A stretch of DNA of 61,310 nt, from positions 1-61,310 of the forward strand of contig SKVR01000219.1 of the NCBI GenBank assembly GCA_007129355.1, written 5' to 3'. Below the pieces are notes generated by a model, which searched no databases, was not told the DNA's origin, and was given only the letters and a program-made list of their open reading frames with translations. Both the position numbers and the translations under genes were made by a program. Origin of the DNA: Bacteroidales bacterium. GTDB taxonomy: Bacteria > Bacteroidota > Bacteroidia > Bacteroidales > UBA7960. Below are positions 36,689 to 46,035 of the stretch, in pieces; positions within the stretch are counted from its first letter, which is position 1; every line of letters starts with the position of its first letter.

Positions 36689-39634
36689 ATGGATAACCAC
36701 TATTCGAGTCCTGCAATTGAAGCATTAAAGCAGCAATTGGAAGGTGATATTTTTACCGATATTAAAACCAGGTTGTTGTATGCAACTGATGCTTCAGTTT
36801 ACAGGGAAATCCCCATTGCAGTTGCCAGGCCATGCAATGAAAATGACATTAAACTCCTGGTTGAGTTTGCCGGAAAGAACAATATTCCGCTGATTCCGCG
36901 AACTGCAGGAACATCATTAGCTGGTCAGGTTGTTGGTTATGGTTTGGTAATGGATTTTTCAAAATACATGACCCAGATTCTTGAATTCAATGCAGAAGAA
37001 AGATGGGTCAAAGTACAGCCGGGGGTAATCCTTGATGAACTAAATGAATTTCTGAAACCACATGGTCTTTTCTTCGGTCCTGAAACATCAACATCAAACC
37101 GCTGCATGTTAGGTGGTATGGTTGCCAATAATTCCTGCGGTGCCCACTCATTAGTTTATGGCAGTACGCGTGATCATACCCTTGAATTAAGGTCAGTATT
37201 GAGCGACGGAAGCATTGCTACCTTCGGATCGGTAACCCCCGAAGAGTTTCGCAGGAAATGCATCGGTAAAACTCTGGAGAGCAAGATATATCAGAATATT
37301 TTCAGCATACTGTCAGATAAAACCATACAGGATGAGGTTGGAGCACAATATCCTGAAAAACGCATCCACAGGCGCAATACAGGCTATGCGCTGGATTTAC
37401 TTCTGGAAAGTAATATCTTCAGTGATTCAGATGTAAATTTTAACTTTTGCAAACTGCTCGCCGGTTCAGAAGGTAGTCTGGCAATTTTCACAGAAATAAA
37501 AATTGCCCTTGTTCCGCTACCGCCCATCCATACGGCTTTAGTATGCATTCATCTTGATACCATTGAACAAGCTTTGCGGGCAAACCTGGTTGCTCTGCAA
37601 AATAATCCTGTTGCTGTTGAGCTTATTGACAAAGTTATACTGGATTGCACAAAAACTAATATTAGCCAGGCACCTAACCGTTTTTTCATTAAAGGTGATC
37701 CTGGTGCTATCCTGGTGGTTGAATTCGCAGAACATTCTGAAGCCGAAACCGATAATAAAATTACCGGTATGATTAAGGAGCTGCAAAACCAGAATATGGG
37801 CTATCACTACCCTGTACTTAAGCAAAAAGATATCGGAAAGGTATGGGCATTGCGCAAAGCAGGTCTTGGTTTGCTGAGCAATGTACCTGGCGATTCTAAA
37901 CCGGTTGCTGTTATCGAAGATACCGCTATTCATGTGGAAGCCCTGCCCTATTTTGTTAAAGAACTTCAGGTAGTTCTGGATAACATGAATCTGCAATGTG
38001 TATACTATGCCCATATAGGAACCGGAGAGATTCATCTTCGACCTGTCCTGAACCTTAAGAATAAAGCTGATGTGGAGCGGTTTTACCAGATTGCACTGGA
38101 AACTGCAAAACTGGTTAAAAAATATAAAGGGTCACTTAGTGGCGAACATGGTGACGGAAGACTTAGGGGCGAATTTATACCTCTCATGCTGGGTGAAAGA
38201 ATCTATAAAATTTTAAGGGAGTTAAAACAAACCTGGGACCCTGAAAATATTTACAACCCAGGAAAAATTGTGGATACTCCATCCATGAAGACATCACTTC
38301 GTTATACACCAGGTGCCCCTGTGCCCAAACTAAAGACTTATTTCCGCTATCCCGAAGCCGGTGACTTTTTGAAAGCAGTGGAAAAATGCAATGGATCAGG
38401 TGACTGCCGTAAACCCCATACTTTTAAAGGTGTCATGTGTCCATCCTTCCATGCAACAACTGATGAGCATGATACTACCCGCGGCAGGGCAAACATTCTC
38501 AGGGAATTTGTTTCAAACTCTACCAAAAAGAATCCTTTTGACCATTCAGAAATAAAGGAAATTCTGGATTTATGTCTATCATGTAAGGGCTGTAAATCGG
38601 AATGTCCGTCGAACGTAGACATGGGAAAATACAAAGCCGAATTTTTGCAACATTATTATGATGCCAATGGTGTTCCTTTCAGGTCAAAACTGGTAGCAAA
38701 CTATGGCACCTTAAACAGACTTGGCAGTATGGTTCCGCCGGTTTATAATCTGTTTTCACAATCATCAGTTTTTTCTCCTGTTGTAAAAAAGCTGGCAGGT
38801 TTTAACACGCAAAGAAGTTTGCCCCGGCTCCATAAAGAAACCTGGAGAAAATGGGCCGATAAAAATCTGGAAAAGCTTAACAGAACAGCTAACCCTGAAA
38901 ATAAAGTAATTTTATTTTGTGATGAATTTACCAATTATAATGATACCCCCACCGGAATCAACGCCTGCCGGTTGCTTAACCGAATGGGTTATTTTATTGA
39001 AATGCCGCCGGTTCATGAAAGCGGACGTGCCGCATTATCCAAAGGACTTTTGAAAAAAGTTTCGAAACTTGCCGATGCTAACATCAACACTCTTCAACCA
39101 TGGATTGATAAAAAAATTCCTGTTGTAGGCATTGAGCCATCAGCTATCCTGACACTTAGAGATGAATACAGCGAACTTTGCAGCGAACCATATATAGAAA
39201 AGGCCGAAGCCCTCTCCCGGGTTGTTTACATATTTGACGAATTCATCTGCCAGCAATTAGACCAGGGAAAAATCGAAAGACAATTATTCAAATCAGATTA
39301 TTTAAAAATTTACCTTCACGGCCATTGTCATCAAAAAGCCTTGTCATCTGTAAGTTTTACAACAAAAATGCTTTCAATACCTCAGGGATATGAAGTACAA
39401 GAGATTGAATGCGGATGTTGTGGTATGGCAGGTTCGTTTGGATATGAGAAAGAACATTATGCATTGAGTATGGCCATTGGCGAACATAATCTCTTTCCAG
39501 TTATACGTGCAACCGAGTCAGATGCTATTATATCAGCAACAGGAACCAGCTGCCGGCATCAGATTTTAGATGGTACCGGAAAAATTGCATTGCATCCGGT
39601 TGATGTGCTTTGGAAATCTATTGTAGATCCATGA
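36689..39634 (+). CDS. FAD-binding oxidase fused to Fe-S/CCG domains (YdiJ-like, candidate D-2-hydroxyglutarate dehydrogenase)
   Basis: 981 aa. PCMH-type FAD domain (IPRTAGTSLAGQ), Cys clusters CNGSGDCRK and CLSCKGCKSECP, and C-terminal CCG-type motifs (CGCCGMAGSFG). Confidence 0.85.
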   Translation: MDNHYSSPAIEALKQQLEGDIFTDIKTRLLYATDASVYREIPIAVARPCNENDIKLLVEFAGKNNIPLIPRTAGTSLAGQVVGYGLVMDFSKYMTQILEFNAEERWVKVQPGVILDELNEFLKPHGLFFGPETSTSNRCMLGGMVANNSCGAHSLVYGSTRDHTLELRSVLSDGSIATFGSVTPEEFRRKCIGKTLESKIYQNIFSILSDKTIQDEVGAQYPEKRIHRRNTGYALDLLLESNIFSDSDVNFNFCKLLAGSEGSLAIFTEIKIALVPLPPIHTALVCIHLDTIEQALRANLVALQNNPVAVELIDKVILDCTKTNISQAPNRFFIKGDPGAILVVEFAEHSEAETDNKITGMIKELQNQNMGYHYPVLKQKDIGKVWALRKAGLGLLSNVPGDSKPVAVIEDTAIHVEALPYFVKELQVVLDNMNLQCVYYAHIGTGEIHLRPVLNLKNKADVERFYQIALETAKLVKKYKGSLSGEHGDGRLRGEFIPLMLGERIYKILRELKQTWDPENIYNPGKIVDTPSMKTSLRYTPGAPVPKLKTYFRYPEAGDFLKAVEKCNGSGDCRKPHTFKGVMCPSFHATTDEHDTTRGRANILREFVSNSTKKNPFDHSEIKEILDLCLSCKGCKSECPSNVDMGKYKAEFLQHYYDANGVPFRSKLVANYGTLNRLGSMVPPVYNLFSQSSVFSPVVKKLAGFNTQRSLPRLHKETWRKWADKNLEKLNRTANPENKVILFCDEFTNYNDTPTGINACRLLNRMGYFIEMPPVHESGRAALSKGLLKKVSKLADANINTLQPWIDKKIPVVGIEPSAILTLRDEYSELCSEPYIEKAEALSRVVYIFDEFICQQLDQGKIERQLFKSDYLKIYLHGHCHQKALSSVSFTTKMLSIPQGYEVQEIECGCCGMAGSFGYEKEHYALSMAIGEHNLFPVIRATESDAIISATGTSCRHQILDGTGKIALHPVDVLWKSIVDP

Positions 39635-39723
39635 TTTTTTGTTGAAAACAGTTGAATCATAAACACCTTTAAAAACTTGATATTCTATTTTTTTTGCTGT
39701 AATTTCGTGAATAATTAAAAATC

Positions 39724-39766
39724 GGGGTTGTTTCTCATTTTTTAGAGAAAACCCCAAAATTTTTTT
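39724..39766 (+). terminator. possible terminator after the FAD/Fe-S oxidase gene
   Basis: Imperfect hairpin ggggttgtttctc .. gagaaaacccc followed by aaaa then a T7 run. Confidence 0.3.
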
Positions 39767-39786
39767 AAACCATTTAATCTTTATTT

Positions 39787-40284
39787 ATGAGTACAGCTAA
39801 AGTTATTTCTTTAACCTATGAATTGCGTTCGGAAAATGCTGAGGGTGAAGTAATCGAAATTGCAGGGAAAGAAAATCCCGCCGAATTCCTTTTCGGATCA
39901 GGCAACCTTATTCCTGAATTTGAAGGTCAAATCCAGGAACTGAATCCGGGTGAGAATTTTGAGTTTATTATTGAATCAGATAAAGCCTACGGCCCTGCCA
40001 ATCCTACTGCTGTTGTAAACTTACCCAGAAGTATTTTTACCATTGACGGCAAAGAAGCAGATGACCTTCTTGTAGTTGGAAAGATTGTTCCTATGCGCAA
40101 CGATCAGGGAGAACCATTGCAGGGAAAAATACTCGAAATTGAAGAGGAAACTGTAAAGATGGACTTTAATCACCCCCTTGCTGGCCAAAATTTACACTTT
40201 AAAGGTGAAGTAATAACATCAAGAGATGCAACACCTGAAGAAGTTTCTCACGGGCATATACATACCGGCAAAGATGGCCATTAG
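39787..40284 (+). CDS. slyD: FKBP-type peptidyl-prolyl cis-trans isomerase, SlyD-like
   Basis: 165 aa. FKBP core with an insert-in-flap region (NHPLAGQNLHF) and a His-rich tail SHGHIHTGKDGH. Confidence 0.85.
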   Translation: MSTAKVISLTYELRSENAEGEVIEIAGKENPAEFLFGSGNLIPEFEGQIQELNPGENFEFIIESDKAYGPANPTAVVNLPRSIFTIDGKEADDLLVVGKIVPMRNDQGEPLQGKILEIEEETVKMDFNHPLAGQNLHFKGEVITSRDATPEEVSHGHIHTGKDGH

Positions 40285-40390
40285 TAAATTTTTACGGCAA
40301 AACTAATGAGTTGTTTAAGATAATTAACTTTTTTATTAGCAGATATAACGAAAATCTTTCTATCACGCTATGTTAATTGAAGATTTCTAT

Positions 40391-40398
40391 TAACTTTG
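40391..40398 (+). promoter_or_regulatory. -7 box TAACTTTG upstream of the cold-shock gene
   Basis: Exact TAnnTTTG match 40 nt upstream of the ATG at 40438. Confidence 0.4.
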
Positions 40399-40437
40399 CC
40401 ACGAATTCAATTTTTATTTATTACTTTTTTATTAAAC

Positions 40438-40629
40438 ATGAATAACGGAACAGTAAAATTTTTCAATGAAACCAAAGGCTTTGGTTTCATTAAAGAAAAC
40501 GGAACAGAAAAAGAGTATTTTGTACACGTAACGGGCCTTATCGATGAAATCAGAGAAAATGACGAAGTAACGTTTGATCTGAAAGAAGGCAAAAAAGGAT
40601 TAAATGCAGTAAATGTTAAACTGGTGTAA
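40438..40629 (+). CDS. cold-shock protein (CspA family)
   Basis: 63 aa from ATG: MNNGTVKFFNETKGFGFI.. with RNP1 KGFGFI and RNP2-like YFVHV. The ORF-track TTG extension (40396) is hydrophobic junk. Confidence 0.9.
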   Translation: MNNGTVKFFNETKGFGFIKENGTEKEYFVHVTGLIDEIRENDEVTFDLKEGKKGLNAVNVKLV

Positions 40630-40663
40630 TACCTAAACATACATAGCTCATTTATGAACAAAA

Positions 40664-40690
40664 AGCCTTACCTAGTAAGGCTTTTTTTTT
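40664..40690 (+). terminator. rho-independent terminator after csp
   Basis: agccttac cta gtaaggct followed by T9. Confidence 0.75.
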
Positions 40691-40738
40691 AATATACTAA
40701 AAAGTCTGGCAACCTTTAATCTTCAATTCAGTTATAAC

Positions 40739-41674
40739 ATGACTGTAACACAAAAAAACATTCAACTGAATGAGCTCAGTATTCAGCAAACCATATACAT
40801 ACCCGATAGCTCACCTAAAGCCATCTTACAGATAAATCATGGACTTGCCGAACATTGTGATCGCTATGCGGATTTTGCCACTTATTTTTGCAACAAAGGA
40901 TTTGTCGTGTATCTTCATGACCATCCGGGCCACGGTAAATCTGTTTCTGAAAAGATTCCTGCCGGACACTTACCCTGGAGAGGTGGATGGGATTTAATGC
41001 TTGCTGTTATTCACAATATTAATAAATCTATCAGGAAAAAACATCCTCAGGTTCCTGTTTTTATTATGGGACACAGTATGGGCTCTTTACTTACCAGATA
41101 CTATAATGCAACCTTCCCTATGTATTTTAAGGGTATGATTCTTTCGGGGACTACTGAACCTGATACTGCAAAACTAAAGAGCCTTCTCTCGTTCGTTAGA
41201 ATCAACAGGATTTTCAGAAAACAAGTTTACTGCCACAAATTACTTAATAGTTTTTTCTATAAAAGCTATAACCGTTCGCTGAAAAACACCCTGACTAATG
41301 TTGACTGGCTCAGCAATAATACAGAAGAAGTAGAAAAGTATATTAATGACCCTCTCTGTGGATTCCCGCTTTCTTTGGGATTTTTCAAAACCCTGGCACA
41401 GGGATCATTGCAAATGATTAAAGCCGAAAAAAATCTTAGGATCAGAAAAAATTTTTCTACACTAATAATTTCCGGGTCCGATGACCCCGTAGGGAACTTT
41501 GGGAAAGACCCTGGTTTAGTAGAAAAAAAGTACAGAAATCAAGGGTTTTACCGCACAAAACTTGTGCTTTTAAAAGGCAGGCATGAACTGCTTAATGAAA
41601 CACAGGATATTCGTTCAGAAGCCTACCAAACCATCGAAAATTTTCTTGAAGATAAGCTCCTGGGAAACTTCTGA
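40739..41674 (+). CDS. alpha/beta hydrolase (lysophospholipase / monoacylglycerol lipase-like)
   Basis: 311 aa. Contains HGLAEH, nucleophile elbow GHSMGS, and later GSDDPV .. GRHELLNE. Confidence 0.8.
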   Translation: MTVTQKNIQLNELSIQQTIYIPDSSPKAILQINHGLAEHCDRYADFATYFCNKGFVVYLHDHPGHGKSVSEKIPAGHLPWRGGWDLMLAVIHNINKSIRKKHPQVPVFIMGHSMGSLLTRYYNATFPMYFKGMILSGTTEPDTAKLKSLLSFVRINRIFRKQVYCHKLLNSFFYKSYNRSLKNTLTNVDWLSNNTEEVEKYINDPLCGFPLSLGFFKTLAQGSLQMIKAEKNLRIRKNFSTLIISGSDDPVGNFGKDPGLVEKKYRNQGFYRTKLVLLKGRHELLNETQDIRSEAYQTIENFLEDKLLGNF

Positions 41675-41849
41675 ATCTTTTACCCATCAATCCCTTACAC
41701 CAAAATTTTGTTAAAAGGACTATAGGCTTGTTCAGGTTCATTCTGAAAGTGTTACTTTCGGGATTCCAAAACAAAACAAAGATGTATTTTGTACTTTTAA
41801 TTTATAATCAGAGATACAAAAGCACAACTTCTAACAAAAAAATTCTGCA

Positions 41850-43895
41850 ATGAACAAAAGATTAATTTCAATTTTGAATCTTTTCTTATTGATTTTACTT
41901 GTAACGGGTTTTTCATCCTGCAAACAAACCTCAACACCGCCTCCGATTGACCCACTTAATATGGATCTGAGCTATTCACCAGGAGATGATTTTTATCGTT
42001 TTGTAAATGGCGGCTGGCTTCATAACAACCCTATTCCTGAAGAATACAGTCGTTATGGTTCTTTTGAGCAACTTGCCGAAGAAAACGAAGAAAAGCTTTA
42101 CGCTTTACTGTCGGAAATCAGAAATGATAGAAATGCTGCCACCGGAAGTAACCGCCAGAGAATCAGGGACTACTACATCAGCGCGATGGATACGGTTACC
42201 CAATCCCAATTGACAACTGAACCCATTAAATTCATTTTTGAACGTATCGAAAAAATTGAAGATAAAAGCCAAATAACAGAAGTAATTGCTTTTCTGCAGA
42301 ACATTGGCATAAGCCCGGTTTTTGGGTTAAGAGCAGGACAGGACAGAAAAAATACAGACGAGATGATTGCCAATATTGGTCAGGGTGGAATGGGAATGTC
42401 CGATAGGGATTATTATCTGAATCAGGATACCCGAAGCATTGAAATCAGAGAGAACTACGAGTTATTTATTGAAAAGATTTTTATTCTTGCAGGTCATTCC
42501 AAAAGACAAGCCAGGGAAGCAAGACGCAGAATTATGGAACTGGAAACCAGTATGGCCGAAGCTTCGATGACACGCCTGGAAAGGCGCGACCCCTATGCCA
42601 CATATAACAAAATGACAACCCATGAGCTGAAAGAACTTATGCCTTCTTTTAACTGGAATAATTATCTTTCCAACAGAAGTCTGGATATTGAAGAACTGAA
42701 TGTGGGTCAACCGCTGTTTTTCGAGAATGTAGATTTGCTTATTGAAGAAAAACCAATTGATTACTGGAAAACCTATTTAGAATGGACTGTTCTTAGAAAC
42801 ACGGCCCAGTTTATTGGAAAAGGTTTTGAAGATGCCCATTTTGAATTTTACGGTAAAGTAATGACTGGGAGCGAAAAGCAAAGAGAACGATGGAAACGTG
42901 CACTTGCCAGTTTAAATTCAGCTATGGGAGAAGCAGTGGGTCAGGAATATGTTACACTTCATTTTCCACCTGAATCAAAAGAAAGAATGATAGATCTTGT
43001 AGAACACCTTCGCTATGCTTTCGAACAAAGGATCAGTCAACTGCAATGGATGAGTGACGTTACAAAACAAGAAGCATATGCTAAACTGAAAAGAATGAAT
43101 GTAAAAATCGGTTATCCCGATAAATGGATCGATTATTCTGACCTTGAAATTAAAGACCAGCCATTCGTTTTGAATTATCTTGCAGCACGCGAATTCAATA
43201 TAAAACGCAACCTGGCTGAAATTGGTGAACCGGTTGACCGTGACAAGTGGTTCATGAGCCCGCAAACGGTTAATGCCTATTACAGCCCTACAATGAATGA
43301 AATTGTATTTCCGGCTGCAATTCTTCAGCCTCCTTTCTTTTACCCCGAAGGCGATGATGCTATAAACTTTGGGGCCATCGGAATGGTAATTGGCCATGAG
43401 ATGACGCATGGATTTGACGATCAGGGCCGACGATATGCCAAAGACGGGAACCTTCGCGACTGGTGGACTGAAGAAGACAGCAAGCGCTTTGAGGAAAGAA
43501 CTGAAGTTCTTGTTGAGCAATATAATAATTATGTTATGCTTGATTCACTTACTATAAATGGTCGTTTAAGTCTGGGAGAAAATATTGCCGATCTTGGCGG
43601 TCTTACCATTGCATTCCAGGCTTTTCAGAACAAACTTATTGAAGACGGCATACCGGAAAAAATTGAAGGATTTACACCCGAGCAAAGATTTTTTATTTCT
43701 TATGCTCAGATTTGGCGTAATCATATGCGCAACCAGAGACTGATGCAGCAACTTAATGAAGGTCCCCACTCACCCGGCGAAGCAAGGGTAAACGGTATAG
43801 TTTATAATATGAATGAGTTTTATGAAGCATTTGAAATAACTGCGGAAAACTCATTGAGATTTATCGACCCTGAGGTCAGGGCCGGGATTTGGTAA
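41850..43895 (+). CDS. M13 family zinc metallopeptidase (PepO / endothelin-converting enzyme-like), lipoprotein
   Basis: 681 aa. Lipobox GFSSC, HEMTHGFD (HExxH), GENIADLGG (ENxADxGG), C-terminal ..VRAGIW. Confidence 0.9.
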   Translation: MNKRLISILNLFLLILLVTGFSSCKQTSTPPPIDPLNMDLSYSPGDDFYRFVNGGWLHNNPIPEEYSRYGSFEQLAEENEEKLYALLSEIRNDRNAATGSNRQRIRDYYISAMDTVTQSQLTTEPIKFIFERIEKIEDKSQITEVIAFLQNIGISPVFGLRAGQDRKNTDEMIANIGQGGMGMSDRDYYLNQDTRSIEIRENYELFIEKIFILAGHSKRQAREARRRIMELETSMAEASMTRLERRDPYATYNKMTTHELKELMPSFNWNNYLSNRSLDIEELNVGQPLFFENVDLLIEEKPIDYWKTYLEWTVLRNTAQFIGKGFEDAHFEFYGKVMTGSEKQRERWKRALASLNSAMGEAVGQEYVTLHFPPESKERMIDLVEHLRYAFEQRISQLQWMSDVTKQEAYAKLKRMNVKIGYPDKWIDYSDLEIKDQPFVLNYLAAREFNIKRNLAEIGEPVDRDKWFMSPQTVNAYYSPTMNEIVFPAAILQPPFFYPEGDDAINFGAIGMVIGHEMTHGFDDQGRRYAKDGNLRDWWTEEDSKRFEERTEVLVEQYNNYVMLDSLTINGRLSLGENIADLGGLTIAFQAFQNKLIEDGIPEKIEGFTPEQRFFISYAQIWRNHMRNQRLMQQLNEGPHSPGEARVNGIVYNMNEFYEAFEITAENSLRFIDPEVRAGIW

Positions 43896-43921
43896 AAAAG
43901 ACTTCTAATACAGCTAATTTT

Positions 43922-44527
43922 TCATTCCAGGATCACCTTTTGAAACTGTTTTGAATTTTCACCAATTAAATAAAGCAGATAAATGTCTGCGGGCAAATCA
44001 CTGACATTTAAGCTTATAATTTCTCTATTGCCAGGGTGGGTCTGGGTGTCAATATAAATCAACTGTTGACCCAAAGTATTATAGAGAGCAACCGAAGAAA
44101 TTTCATAAGAATTGTTTGCTTCGATATACAACCAATCTGAAGTGGGATTGGGATAAACTACAAATTGGCCCTTATCCAGAACTTCAGCAGATTTAGGCCC
44201 TTGCCAGATCTTGACATCGACATAGGTTGCAGGATTGTTTATATAAACTTTAATACCCGTAACTTTGGATGAAGAAAAACTCAGAATATCTTCAGGTATA
44301 AAGCGGACTGCAATCTGAAAAATTGCGCCACATCTTAAACCAGCAGGCAGTTTAAAATGATTGGTATCGGGAAATGCAGATACTCCAACAGGGAGTTCAT
44401 CAAAGATCTCCAGAGATACGCCGTTATCTGGTTCAGAATTATCGAAATGGGTTTTGGATGTCCGGCAACTCAATATCAAGAATACAAATGCGATAAGAAT
44501 CAGACCTTTGAGAAATTTGCTGGTCAC
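43922..44527 (-). CDS. small secreted protein with T9SS type A C-terminal sorting domain
   Basis: 201 aa with a GTG start and lipobox-like LILSC. The C-terminal roughly 80 aa (VVYPNPTSDWLYIE..VALYNTLGQQL..LPADIYLLYLIGENSKQFQKVILE) matches the Por secretion tail pattern. Confidence 0.7.
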   Translation of the reverse strand: MTSKFLKGLILIAFVFLILSCRTSKTHFDNSEPDNGVSLEIFDELPVGVSAFPDTNHFKLPAGLRCGAIFQIAVRFIPEDILSFSSSKVTGIKVYINNPATYVDVKIWQGPKSAEVLDKGQFVVYPNPTSDWLYIEANNSYEISSVALYNTLGQQLIYIDTQTHPGNREIISLNVSDLPADIYLLYLIGENSKQFQKVILE

Positions 44528-44630
44528 TCCGGGACGATTAAAAGTTCTTTAAAAAATTTGAACCACTTACATACTCTATTTTTAACAATTCAACAATGAA
44601 GGTACTCGAGCATCTTATTCGCAAAACCAC

Positions 44631-44662
44631 TAAAAAAAGGCCATTCGTAAAGAACAGCCTTT
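44631..44662 (-). terminator. possible terminator after rplT
   Basis: The minus strand reads aaaggc-15 nt loop-gccttt followed by ttttt. Confidence 0.4.
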
Positions 44663-44692
44663 CATAATTACCAAACTGGTAGTATATTTCGT

Positions 44693-45040
44693 TTATTTTT
44701 TAATTTTATCCACAACTGCTTTAAAAGCTTCGGGGTGATTCATTGCCAGGTCGGCAAGCACCTTACGGTTGATTTGGATTTCACTTTTGGTTAATTCGCC
44801 CATAAATTTAGAATAACTCATGCCGTAATTTCTTGCAGCTGCGTTGATACGCATAATCCAGAGTTTTCTGAAATTTCTTTTTTTAGTACGCCTGTCTCGA
44901 TAAGCGTAAGTCAGACCTTTTTCCCAGGTATTTTTGGCTGCGGTCCAAACATTTTTTCTTGCACCAAAGTAACCTTTGGTAAGCTTAAGAATCTTTTTCC
45001 TTCTGCGCCTTGCAGCTACATTGTTTATTGATCTTGCCAT
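44693..45040 (-). CDS. rplT: 50S ribosomal protein L20
   Basis: 115 aa. [26 protein letters not shown].. is canonical L20. Confidence 0.97.
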   Translation of the reverse strand: MARSINNVAARRRRKKILKLTKGYFGARKNVWTAAKNTWEKGLTYAYRDRRTKKRNFRKLWIMRINAAARNYGMSYSKFMGELTKSEIQINRKVLADLAMNHPEAFKAVVDKIKK

Positions 45041-45135
45041 TTTTTTAAGTTTTATTTTCGTTTAGCGCTTTCCAAAGGAGGAAAAGTCTTTTTAGGCTAA
45101 ACAAAGGTTTTACATTTTTTTGTTAAAAATAATTT

Positions 45136-45330
45136 TTACAGACAAAGCATTGCCTTTACGTTGTTCTCATCTGCTTTATGTATCAACGCAGTTTTGGTAA
45201 GATTTCTCTTTCTCTTTTTTGACTTCTTGGTAAGAATATGGCTTTTGTAAGCATGCTTACGCTTGATTTTACCGGATGCGGTAAGAGTAAACCGCTTTTT
45301 AGCACCGGATTTAGTTTTCATTTTGGGCAT
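45136..45330 (-). CDS. rpmI: 50S ribosomal protein L35
   Basis: 64 aa. [14 protein letters not shown].. is canonical L35. Confidence 0.95.
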   Translation of the reverse strand: MPKMKTKSGAKKRFTLTASGKIKRKHAYKSHILTKKSKKRKRNLTKTALIHKADENNVKAMLCL

Positions 45331-45374
45331 TTTAATTCAATTTACGGGTTAGAAATATAAATAAACGAAAGTTC

Positions 45375-45950
45375 TTACTTCTTCTTTTTGGGAGCTATGA
45401 GCATAATCATCCTTTTACCTTCAAGTTTGGGCATTTGCTCCACTTTGCCAATTTCTTCAAGCTCCTGGGCGAATCTTAAAAGAACCACTTCACCTTGTTC
45501 CTTATATATGATTGATCTACCTTTAAAAAATACATATACTTTTATTTTTGCTCCGTCTTCAAGAAATTTTTGAGCATGTTTCATTTTAAAATTGAAATCA
45601 TGTTCATCGGTATTGGGTCCAAGCCGGATTTCCTTAACGACAATTTTTGCAGCATTGGCCTTAATGTCTTTTTGCTTTTTTTTCTGATCGTAAAGAAACT
45701 TTTTATAATCCAGAATTTTACACACGGGGGGATTGGCCGTGGGGGCTATTTCCACAAGGTCTAGTCCTTGTTCTTCAGCCAGTGCCAATGCTTCTTTTAT
45801 TTGCAAAATAGATGGTTCAACATTATCACCCACCAACCTTACAACAGGTGCCTGAATCTTTTGATTGATCTTATGCGGATCTTCTGGTTTTACAAAACCT
45901 CTCCTGGGTCTTGGTTTAAAAGGTGTAGCTATGCTTTTATCCTCCTTAAT
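45375..45950 (-). CDS. infC: translation initiation factor IF-3, non-AUG (ATT) start
   Basis: The ORF track shows only the TTG-initiated core. The frame stays open upstream and reads (I)[44 protein letters not shown].., the expected IF-3 N-terminus. ATT at 45950-45948 is the likely start (a second ATT lies 9 nt upstream). Confidence 0.88.
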   Translation of the reverse strand: MKEDKSIATPFKPRPRRGFVKPEDPHKINQKIQAPVVRLVGDNVEPSILQIKEALALAEEQGLDLVEIAPTANPPVCKILDYKKFLYDQKKKQKDIKANAAKIVVKEIRLGPNTDEHDFNFKMKHAQKFLEDGAKIKVYVFFKGRSIIYKEQGEVVLLRFAQELEEIGKVEQMPKLEGKRMIMLIAPKKKK

Positions 45951-46035
45951 TTGGTTAATAAATAATATTTACTTTTTATTAGAATAATTAATTCTTTTCT
46001 AAACAAATATTTTATTTCTTCCGGGCACAAAAAAA

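Noticed and set aside
40396-40437. TTG-initiated 14-codon N-terminal extension of the cold-shock protein ORF
   Set aside because: The extension (PRIQFLFITFLLN) is not found in Csp proteins. The ATG at 40438 gives the canonical MNNGTVKFFN start, and the predicted -7 box at 40391-40398 would lie inside the extension.
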